A DNA stretch of 51,532 bases from NCBI GenBank assembly GCA_000992325.1, contig LBTZ01000002.1, forward strand, positions 1-51,532, written 5' to 3'. The notes beneath the pieces are model-generated. The model ran no database searches. It saw nothing but the letters and a program-made list of their open reading frames with translations, and was not told the origin of the DNA. A program made the translations under genes and the position numbers. The DNA comes from Parcubacteria group bacterium GW2011_GWD2_38_11. Its GTDB lineage: Bacteria; Patescibacteriota; Minisyncoccia; Moranbacterales; GWC2-37-73. Below, in pieces: positions 8,762 to 15,715 of the stretch (its first letter is position 1; each line of letters opens with the position of its first letter).

Positions 8762-9928
8762 TTATTTATTCATTCGACCTAGATTAGAAGTTTTTACATA
8801 AATTTCCTCGTATTCCCCCGCCACCTTTTCCCAACTCAAAGTCTCGGCCAATTTGCGACTCTCAAGACTCATTGTTTTTTCAAGTGTTGGATTTAAAATC
8901 AATTTTTCAATTTTTTCAGCCAAGTCATTTGAGTCTTTCATTTTAACAATCAATCCGTTCACATTGTTAGTCAAAAGTTCTTTGGTGCCACCAGTGTCAG
9001 TTGCAACCACTGGCAATCCAACAGCCAAAGCTTCCAACATCACATTACTCATTCCTTCATTGAGCGATGGAAGCACGAAAATATTGGCTCGTTGATAAAA
9101 TGCCAGCACGTTATTATGAGCAATTGCACCAGCAAATTCAACCTTATCTTTAATACCAAGACCTTGCACTAAATCCTCAAGTGATTTTTTTTCATTTCCA
9201 TCTCCCACAATCAAAAGTCGAGCCTGATCATAACGTCCAGAGAGTATCTTGAAAGCTTGAATCAAAAACCGCACACCTTTTCTTGGAGTGACGCGCGAAA
9301 CACAAATAATAGTAAAATGTTCTTGATTGCGCTTGGTTGTGTCAGGAAAAAATTCTTCAACATCAATCCCATTATACACAACACCTATTTCTTTTTTTGA
9401 CTCAGATTTAAGTGCCAAATCCTTAAGCCCTTGGCTATTTGCAACAACAAAAGAAGCGCCTTTCCAAATTTTCAAAATAGTAGGCGTGATCCATTTGTAA
9501 AGTCCGACGAAACGCTCACTGTATCCAGGAACATCAGAGCCGCGCAAAGAAATAATATACGGAATTTTAAATTCCCATTTCAAAAACATTGAAATCACGC
9601 CGCAAGGCACGGAAAAAAATGAATGCGAAAGATCATAAGCATTCTGCTTGGCCAGTTTGCGCGCAAACCAATACGCATTCCAAGTATAGGAAATCAATTC
9701 TTTCTTGGTTTGATAATGAATATTTTCAGCATTTTTTCCAATTGGCAGCCGATGAATTGTGATGTTCTCGCCCATCTTCAAAAGATGATATTTCTCATCA
9801 ACGGAAGCCGTCACAAAATCAACCTGCAAATCAGGATTTTTTGCATATTCGCGCAACAGATAATATGAAGCATTTCCCGCTCCCCCTCCCAACGGCGGAA
9901 ATTCGTAATTGAAAAAAAGGATTTTCAT
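8762..9928 (-). CDS. GT4 family glycosyltransferase
   Basis: 388 aa. N-terminus reads MKILFFNYEFPPLGGGAGN. C-terminal EX7E region reads SLNEGMSNVMLEALAVGLPVVATDTGG. Confidence 0.85.
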   Translation of the reverse strand: MKILFFNYEFPPLGGGAGNASYYLLREYAKNPDLQVDFVTASVDEKYHLLKMGENITIHRLPIGKNAENIHYQTKKELISYTWNAYWFARKLAKQNAYDLSHSFFSVPCGVISMFLKWEFKIPYIISLRGSDVPGYSERFVGLYKWITPTILKIWKGASFVVANSQGLKDLALKSESKKEIGVVYNGIDVEEFFPDTTKRNQEHFTIICVSRVTPRKGVRFLIQAFKILSGRYDQARLLIVGDGNEKKSLEDLVQGLGIKDKVEFAGAIAHNNVLAFYQRANIFVLPSLNEGMSNVMLEALAVGLPVVATDTGGTKELLTNNVNGLIVKMKDSNDLAEKIEKLILNPTLEKTMSLESRKLAETLSWEKVAGEYEEIYVKTSNLGRMNK

Positions 9929-9968
9929 GGATTATGGAACATGGAACATACAGCACGGAACATGGAAC
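9929..9968. repeat. left arm of a cargo-less inverted repeat (ggaacatggaaca words)
   Basis: catacagcacggaacatggaaca is about 19/23 complementary to tatgttctatgttatgtgctctatg at 10071-10095. Confidence 0.55.
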
Positions 9969-10006
9969 AAAAAACTAAAGGGGGTGCCAAAAAGAATTTT
10001 GATGCT

Positions 10007-10109
10007 ATATGTTCTATGTTATATACTCTATGAATCTTGTTATATGTTTTATGTTATATGAATGTTATTATATGTTCTATGTTATGTGCTCTATGAATCT
10101 TGTTATATG
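10007..10109. repeat. two direct ~40-bp copies (period ~62 bp) forming the right arm(s)
   Basis: tatatgttctatgttatatactctatgaatcttgttatat (10007-10046) and tatatgttctatgttatgtgctctatgaatcttgttatatg (10069-10109). Confidence 0.7.
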
Positions 10110-10144
10110 AGTTTATTCTACCACCTCTTCTTCCCTTTCTCAAG

Positions 10145-10179
10145 GGCCTGCCCGCAGTGCTACAGCGTTGCAGGCGGGT
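10145..10179. repeat. GC-rich palindromic element (short form)
   Basis: ggcctgcccgcagtgctacagcgttgcaggcgggt. It shares both ends with the longer element at 14169-14257. Confidence 0.55.
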
Positions 10180-10276
10180 AAAATGGCAGCACTATTGACA
10201 ATATTGCAAAAAAGGAGTATACTAATAGAAATACCAAAAGTGCCTATGCACTTTAAAAACCAAGGAGGTAGAAAAT

Positions 10277-10459
10277 ATGTTACCCAGCACAAGAGGTTAC
10301 GCCAGGCTTGATATGAAAGGGCGCTGCGCCGCAATTGCAGCCGCCAGAGCATTCGGCAAAAGGGAGATTTATGCCTTCAAGAGGCCTCTCTCAAACTATG
10401 CCAAAAGCATCTCTGCAACAGCCATTGCCTGCTGCAGAGACGTAACACTCTTTGCATAA
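10277..10459 (+). CDS. small basic hypothetical protein
   Basis: 60-aa ORF preceded by a strong SD (ccaaggaggtagaaaatATG) and followed by a hairpin terminator at 10465-10505. No family recognised. It overlaps the antisense ORF 10140..10352, which I regard as spurious. Confidence 0.45.
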   Translation: MLPSTRGYARLDMKGRCAAIAAARAFGKREIYAFKRPLSNYAKSISATAIACCRDVTLFA

Positions 10460-10464
10460 CAAAG

Positions 10465-10505
10465 CGACCCACTGAAGAAACATTTCAGTCGGGTCGTTTA
10501 ATTTT
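10465..10505 (+). terminator. intrinsic terminator after 10277..10459
   Basis: The stem is cgacccactgaa / ttcagtcgggtcg, followed by tttaatttt. Confidence 0.6.
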
Positions 10506-10540
10506 CAAGCCATCATCAAACAAAAAAGGAGAACGGGTCT

Positions 10541-10831
10541 ATGAACAAACAGGCAACTCTCATTACAGTCAAAAAAGCTCACGATATGCAATCAGAAAAA
10601 AGCCTGATTGAAAATGATGACTGCGACTTTGCAGTCTCAGAAAGATCCGGCATCCTGTATGTTTCAACGAAACATAACGAGGCTTCATTGCTTGATGTGC
10701 CAGGCTTTTCATTGCTTTACACGGGAGGCATAGACAAGATCAAACGTTTTTGTATGCCTTCTTCGAAAGATGAATTCATTGAACAACTCCGAAAAATATA
10801 TCCTGGTCACGCAATCGTATGGATTGAATGA
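10541..10831 (+). CDS. hypothetical protein
   Basis: 96-aa ORF with SD aaaaggagaacgggtctATG, followed by a bidirectional terminator. No family recognised. Confidence 0.6.
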   Translation: MNKQATLITVKKAHDMQSEKSLIENDDCDFAVSERSGILYVSTKHNEASLLDVPGFSLLYTGGIDKIKRFCMPSSKDEFIEQLRKIYPGHAIVWIE

Positions 10832-10847
10832 TTCAGTAATGTTTTTT

Positions 10848-10883
10848 AAAAAAAGGCCTAGCGAAAATCGCTAAGCCTTTTTT
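10848..10883. terminator. bidirectional intrinsic terminator between convergent genes
   Basis: aaaaaaaggcctagcgaaaatcgctaagcctttttt. A 10-bp stem with one mismatch has an A-tract on one side and a T-tract on the other. Confidence 0.7.
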
Positions 10884-10911
10884 CTTATTTAAAAATATTT
10901 TTAAAAATATT

Positions 10912-11118
10912 TTATACATCTTCCACTTTTTCTTTCATATCCATCATCATCTTTTTCTTATTATCATCAGACATCTGATTCATTTCCGCCATCTTGTCAG
11001 GATGCGCATCTTTCATATGTGCCATCATTTTGTCCACAACCTCTTGCTCAGAGTTTCCTCTAGCCTCAAAACGGCATTCTTCATCGCCCATCATTTTACA
11101 AGTTAATTTTTTCATCAT
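10912..11118 (-). CDS. DUF1059-like small protein
   Basis: 68 aa reading MMKKLTCKMMGDEECRFEARGNSEQEVVDKMMAHMKDAHPDK. The C..(x)..C then EE.V......H....H layout matches my recollection of DUF1059. An SD-like aaaggggg lies upstream. Confidence 0.55.
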   Translation of the reverse strand: MMKKLTCKMMGDEECRFEARGNSEQEVVDKMMAHMKDAHPDKMAEMNQMSDDNKKKMMMDMKEKVEDV

Positions 11119-11290
11119 ACATATACACCCCCTTTTCTAGTTACATAACACAAAAGACTCGACCAATGAATAATACAAAACAAGGCAAAAAAAATTACAA
11201 AAAGACCCGATGAAAATCCACCAGGCCTTTTTGTTTTTGAATTGTATTTGAATTTCCTGCAACCTAATTCCTAATTTCTACCAAGCTGTT

Positions 11291-12616
11291 TTACCGTCCT
11301 ATCGATTTATATTCAAATCCCATCTCTTTCATTTTTTTAGGTTCATACAAAAGTCTGCCGTCAAAAATCATCGGGGTTTTCAAAAGTTTCAAAATTTCCT
11401 CAAAATCTGGCGTGCGGAATTCTTTCCATTCAGTGATAACAAGCATCGCATCAGCACCCTTGAGCGCATCATATTTGTTTTCAAAATATGCAATGCTTGA
11501 ATTTTCTCCAAAATATTCCTCGCGCTTAGCCATCGCCATCGCTTCTGGATCATGCGCCTTAATTTTGGCTCCTCTTTTGACCAATTCATTTATGATAGTA
11601 AGCGCTGAAGATTCGCGCATATCATCTGTGCCAGCTTTGAAAGCCAATCCCCACACGCCAAAAATTTTTCCGTTCAAATCTTCGCCCAAAGCATCCACCA
11701 CTATTTGAGACAACACAAATTTTTGCTTGTCATTTGTTTCCAATGTTTGTTTCAGCATTTCAGCGTCATATCCAAAATCTTTGGCTGTCTTTACCAACGC
11801 TTTCACATCCTTTGGAAAGCACGATCCACCGAAACCAGGACCGGCATACATAAACGGTTCTCCAATGCGTGGATCGGCGCCCATTGCTTTGCGCACATTA
11901 TCAAAATCAGCTCCCGCCTTGCTGCAAATATTTGCCAATTCATTATTCACGGAAATTTTCGCAGCCAAAAAACAATTTGAAGCATATTTCACAATCTCAG
12001 CTGTCTTTGGATCCATAGCAAAAAATCTTCCTTCGCGTCGCATAAAAGGTTCGTATAATTCGCGCATTATTTCAATAACGTCTTTCGAATCTGCGCCTAT
12101 AACAATACGACTCGGTTCCAAGAAATCTTTGACTGCAGTTCCTTGCGCCAAAAATTCCGGATTACTCACCACTGAAAAAGGAATTTCAACTCCTCTTTTT
12201 CTGAGCTCTTCTGCAATATTTTTGGAAACTTTTTCCGCAGTTCCCACCGGCACAGTTGATTTGTCCACAACAATAAGAGGATGATCCATCATTTGACCAA
12301 TTGAAGTTGCCACACCAAGCACGTGAGAAAGATCTGCGCTTCCATCTTCATTGGGAGGTGTGCCCACGGCAATAAAAAGAATGTCGCATTTCTTTAGAGT
12401 TTCTTCCAGATCAGTCGTAAATGTCAAAGTTTTATTTTTCAAATTTCGAGAAACCAATTCATCCAAGCCTTTTTCGTGAAGTGGAACTTTGCCAGAAGAA
12501 AATTGATCAACTTTTTTTTGATCATTATCCACACAAATAACAGTGTTCCCCATCTCCGCAAAGCAAGCACCCGTCACACTTCCCACATATCCCGTCCCAA
12601 TAACTCCAATTTTCAT
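11291..12616 (-). CDS. ugd: UDP-glucose 6-dehydrogenase
   Basis: 441 aa. N-terminal Rossmann motif MKIGVIGTGYVGSVTG, catalytic GGSCFPKD, and a typical C-terminal UDP-binding domain. Confidence 0.9.
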   Translation of the reverse strand: MKIGVIGTGYVGSVTGACFAEMGNTVICVDNDQKKVDQFSSGKVPLHEKGLDELVSRNLKNKTLTFTTDLEETLKKCDILFIAVGTPPNEDGSADLSHVLGVATSIGQMMDHPLIVVDKSTVPVGTAEKVSKNIAEELRKRGVEIPFSVVSNPEFLAQGTAVKDFLEPSRIVIGADSKDVIEIMRELYEPFMRREGRFFAMDPKTAEIVKYASNCFLAAKISVNNELANICSKAGADFDNVRKAMGADPRIGEPFMYAGPGFGGSCFPKDVKALVKTAKDFGYDAEMLKQTLETNDKQKFVLSQIVVDALGEDLNGKIFGVWGLAFKAGTDDMRESSALTIINELVKRGAKIKAHDPEAMAMAKREEYFGENSSIAYFENKYDALKGADAMLVITEWKEFRTPDFEEILKLLKTPMIFDGRLLYEPKKMKEMGFEYKSIGR

Positions 12617-12630
12617 ATTTTTAAAATATT

Positions 12631-12668
12631 ATGCTAATTATGCGAATAAATACCAATCCACGAATTAC
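12631..12668. repeat. left inverted-repeat arm flanking the GxxExxY gene
   Basis: atgctaattatgcgaataaataccaatccacgaattac compared with the reverse complement of 13108-13146 (atgctaatccacgaataaatgccaatccactaattgcgaa). Confidence 0.7.
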
Positions 12669-13075
12669 TAATACTTAAATTCAGAATTTATGACTCTTTT
12701 AGGCTTTAAATATTTATCTCTGAAATTTATCAACAAGCCCAACTTTTTATTTAAAGCAATGAGATATCTTTTAGTTTGATAAAAATCAGTTCTTTCAATT
12801 AATCTTTTTGCCTTAAGCTCTAAAATAATTGAGTCTTCTATCAAAAAATCAATCTTATTTCTATTTATTTTTTCTCCCTCAAAAGAAACAGGCAGAAATT
12901 CTTCTCTTTTGTAGTTTATATTGTTTTCCTTTAGATTTTTTTCTAAGCAATCTCCATACTGCTTTTCATTGCAATACCTGCCCAATTCATTGTGAACAGC
13001 AAATAAAATTCCACCTATCTTATATGATAGCTCGGGATAAATAAGTTCTTGTTTCATTTTTGTTTTTATTTGCAA
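12668..13075 (-). CDS. GxxExxY family protein (PD-(D/E)XK nuclease-like fold)
   Basis: 135 aa. The layout HNELG....E..Y...[16 protein letters not shown] and LGLLINF matches the GxxExxY family (TIGR04256-like). Confidence 0.75.
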   Translation of the reverse strand: MQIKTKMKQELIYPELSYKIGGILFAVHNELGRYCNEKQYGDCLEKNLKENNINYKREEFLPVSFEGEKINRNKIDFLIEDSIILELKAKRLIERTDFYQTKRYLIALNKKLGLLINFRDKYLKPKRVINSEFKY

Positions 13076-13146
13076 TTAGTGTATTGGCGATTAGCCACGC
13101 TCCCTATTCGCAATTAGTGGATTGGCATTTATTCGTGGATTAGCAT
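13069..13146. repeat. right inverted-repeat arm (one and a half tandem copies) flanking the GxxExxY gene
   Basis: tttgcaattagtgtattggcgattagcc ... ttcgcaattagtggattggcatttattcgtggattagcat. Confidence 0.7.
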
Positions 13147-14087
13147 CACATCTGTGTAATTTCTTTGATATTATAATTCATTCTTCTCTGATTTTTATAG
13201 TAAACTTTTAGAAGTATATCAGCCAATAGTCCGAACACGAAAAGTTGGATGCCGACAAGCACTAAGAAGATTCCTACCAATGGCCAGATTTTTTCTGACA
13301 GAGATGCTCCGAAAAAAATCTTTTCAACAGCCATCCAGAGAATTATCAATGTCCCAACAAATGAAAGCACGATTCCGCTTCCTCCAAAAAGATGGAGCGG
13401 CCTGTTGGAATATTTGCGCCAAAACCAAATCGAAATCATATCCACAAAACCTTTCATCCCACGTTTCCAGTTGTATTTGGTCACGCCGTGAACACGAGGA
13501 AAATGCGAAACTTTCACCTCGCCAACTTTATACCCCTGCAACTCCAAAAGTGCCGGCATAAAACGATGCATTTCTCCAAACAGATCCACATCTTCAAAAC
13601 AATTGCGCTTATATGCTTTCAGAGAACAACCGCTGTCGTGAATCGTGTCTTGAATCAAAATCTTTCGCAGCATATTGGCAGTGCGCGAAAAGATTTTTTT
13701 GCTCAAGGAATCTTTACGCTTGAAGCGCCAACCGGAGACAACATCAAAACCTTCTTCCATCTTTTCCAAAAGAAGTCCAATATCGGCTGGATCATTTTGC
13801 AAATCACCATCCATTGTGATCACAACCTCACCTTTTGCCTGTTTTATGCCAGCATCAAAAGCGGCAGTTTGCCCAAAATTTTTGCGAAATTTGATCAAGG
13901 TCAGTGGCGAAAGTCCTTCACAGTCTTTAACCGTGCCATCTTTTGAACCATCATCAATAAAAATGATTTCGAATGACTTTTCAAGCTTCTGACACGCCTC
14001 CAAGATACGCCTGTGCAATTCCTTCACATTCCCCTCTTCATTATAAAGTGGCACAACCACTGAGATTAACGGTTTCTGATCATCCAT
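13146..14087 (-). CDS. GT2 polyprenyl-phosphate glycosyltransferase (DPM1/ArnC/GtrB-like)
   Basis: 313 aa. Motifs VVVPLYNEEGN, IFIDDGSKDGT and MDGDLQNDP, plus two C-terminal TM helices. Confidence 0.87.
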   Translation of the reverse strand: MDDQKPLISVVVPLYNEEGNVKELHRRILEACQKLEKSFEIIFIDDGSKDGTVKDCEGLSPLTLIKFRKNFGQTAAFDAGIKQAKGEVVITMDGDLQNDPADIGLLLEKMEEGFDVVSGWRFKRKDSLSKKIFSRTANMLRKILIQDTIHDSGCSLKAYKRNCFEDVDLFGEMHRFMPALLELQGYKVGEVKVSHFPRVHGVTKYNWKRGMKGFVDMISIWFWRKYSNRPLHLFGGSGIVLSFVGTLIILWMAVEKIFFGASLSEKIWPLVGIFLVLVGIQLFVFGLLADILLKVYYKNQRRMNYNIKEITQM

Positions 14088-14168
14088 ACTTATTAAGTTT
14101 ATAGATTAATTTACCTGTCAATTATATCGCAAATTTAATTTATAAACAATATTTAAAGAATTTTCTGT

Positions 14169-14257
14169 GGCCCCGCCCGCATCGCTACGCGAGCAACCCG
14201 CCTGCAACGATATTACATTTCGGACAGGGCTCGCTTGCGAAACGTTGCGGGCGGGTG
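14169..14257. repeat. GC-rich palindromic element (long form)
   Basis: The 14172-14195 segment cccgcccgcatcgctacgcgagc pairs with the 14229-14255 segment gctcgcttgcgaaacgttgcgggcggg. It is very GC-rich within an AT-rich spacer. Confidence 0.65.
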
Positions 14258-14269
14258 TGCATAACTTCC

Positions 14270-14299
14270 TTGCTTTACCACTCCTGCCAGAAGTATAAT
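14270..14299 (+). promoter_or_regulatory. candidate sigma70-type promoter for 14435..15211
   Basis: TTGCTT, an 18-nt spacer, then TATAAT. Confidence 0.35.
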
Positions 14300-14434
14300 G
14301 TTATAGTAGGTTTTAATGAAACAAAAAATAAACAATAATCGTTATAAGCTTGCAAGGTTTGTTATTTTTTATAAGACTATCATAAGGATACCTTATAAAC
14401 TTTAAAAACATTACAAACTTTATAACTACAACGT

Positions 14435-15211
14435 ATGCACAAAAAAATTGTATTTTCAACGCTAGTGTTTGCACTGGCAATTCCTGTCGTGCCAGCATTT
14501 GCACAAGTTTCAACAACATCAACAACACAAATTGAAAAATCTCGCACAGAAATGCGAACAGAATTGCAGGCACAAAAACAAGCAAACCAAACTGAAAGAG
14601 CTGAGCTCAAAGAAGATGCACAAGTCAAACGAGCAGAGCTTCAAGCAAAGCGTCTTGAATTTCAAGATAAAAAAGAAAAAATGGCAGAGGAGAAATGCAA
14701 GAGTATTGAAAGCAAAATAGCCACTCGAGTTGGCCGCTATCAAAACAACGGACAAATGCTGGAAAAAGTTTATGGCAATATGCAAGCCAGACTTGCAAGA
14801 TTGCTTACAAAGCTCAAAACTGCAGGAGCTGAAACTGCAAAATTGGAAACTGACCTTGCAGAACTTAATGTCAAAATAAACAAACTAAAAGCTGATCAAG
14901 CAACTTTTATGACCACTCTGGCAGATTCTCAAGCTTTTGTTTGTGGAAAGTCTGAAGGTGAATTCAAAAACAAACTGGAGCAAGCAAGAAAAGTTCCTGA
15001 AATCATCAAACAAGACCGTCAGGAAATTAAAAACTTTTTTCAAACAACCATTAAGACTGACTTGCAAGCAATCAGAAAACAATTAGCTGAACAAAAAGAA
15101 ACCACCGAGGCAACCGAAACTCCAGCAGCACCTGTAACAACAGTGCCAACAGAATTGCCAGCAACACCTGCGACACCTGCAGCACCAGTTGCACCAGCCC
15201 CAATTCTTTAA
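14435..15211 (+). CDS. secreted coiled-coil protein with Pro/Thr/Ala-rich C-terminus
   Basis: 258 aa. Signal peptide MHKKIVFSTLVFALAIPVVPAFA/Q, a long charged heptad-like region, and a PAAPVTTVPTELPATPATPAAPVAPAP tail. Confidence 0.7.
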   Translation: MHKKIVFSTLVFALAIPVVPAFAQVSTTSTTQIEKSRTEMRTELQAQKQANQTERAELKEDAQVKRAELQAKRLEFQDKKEKMAEEKCKSIESKIATRVGRYQNNGQMLEKVYGNMQARLARLLTKLKTAGAETAKLETDLAELNVKINKLKADQATFMTTLADSQAFVCGKSEGEFKNKLEQARKVPEIIKQDRQEIKNFFQTTIKTDLQAIRKQLAEQKETTEATETPAAPVTTVPTELPATPATPAAPVAPAPIL

Positions 15212-15289
15212 TCCCCCGCATTTTTAAATTTATTAATTCGTTAATGCGTTAATGCGTTAATTCTTTAATTTTTAAATACAAAATACAAA

Positions 15290-15580
15290 ATGAACAAAGC
15301 AACAAAAATATCACTGCTAGTTCTGGCATTGATAGCTGCCATCTTAATTGTCTGGTATAGCCTGCAATTAAACCAGCAAGATGCAGTGCCAGCCGCAAAC
15401 ACAAACATCCAAAAACAAGCAACGCCAAAAGATCCTGCTGCTAGCGCAACCCCACTTCCACCGCTTCCAGCTGATAGCAAACAAGCTATCGACAGTGAAA
15501 TTCAAGGAATTGACCAAGAACTTCAAGCCACTGATGCTGCGCTTTCATCAGACATTGAAGATTCAAGCCTGGGACTCTAG
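15290..15580 (+). CDS. small membrane-anchored or secreted protein
   Basis: 96 aa with an N-terminal TM (ISLLVLALIAAILIVW). A strong terminator follows at 15616-15643. Confidence 0.55.
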   Translation: MNKATKISLLVLALIAAILIVWYSLQLNQQDAVPAANTNIQKQATPKDPAASATPLPPLPADSKQAIDSEIQGIDQELQATDAALSSDIEDSSLGL

Positions 15581-15615
15581 AAATCAAAAAAAACAATAGC
15601 GAAAATTTCAAAAAA

Positions 15616-15643
15616 CTGCTACCATAGAGGTAGCAGTTTTTTA
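15616..15643 (+). terminator. intrinsic terminator after 15290..15580
   Basis: ctgctacc-ataga-ggtagcag followed by ttttttatttttt. Confidence 0.8.
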
Positions 15644-15664
15644 TTTTTTATTTTTTATTCATTT

Positions 15665-15701
15665 GCAATTAGCTGATTGGCATTTATTTGTGGATTAGCA
15701 T
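15665..15701. repeat. solo copy of the 13108-13146 arm
   Basis: gcaattagctgattggcatttatttgtggattagcat versus gcaattagtggattggcatttattcgtggattagcat. Confidence 0.75.
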
Positions 15702-15715
15702 AGCATTTAAAATTC

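Noticed and set aside
11727-12284. Long antisense ORFs inside conserved genes (11727..12284, 13392..13946, 20997..21443, 43835..44302, 42038..42713 and similar)
   Set aside because: Each lies entirely within, and opposite to, a gene with clear family motifs. Their sequences are low-complexity (S/P/F/I-rich) and lack any motif or translation signal.
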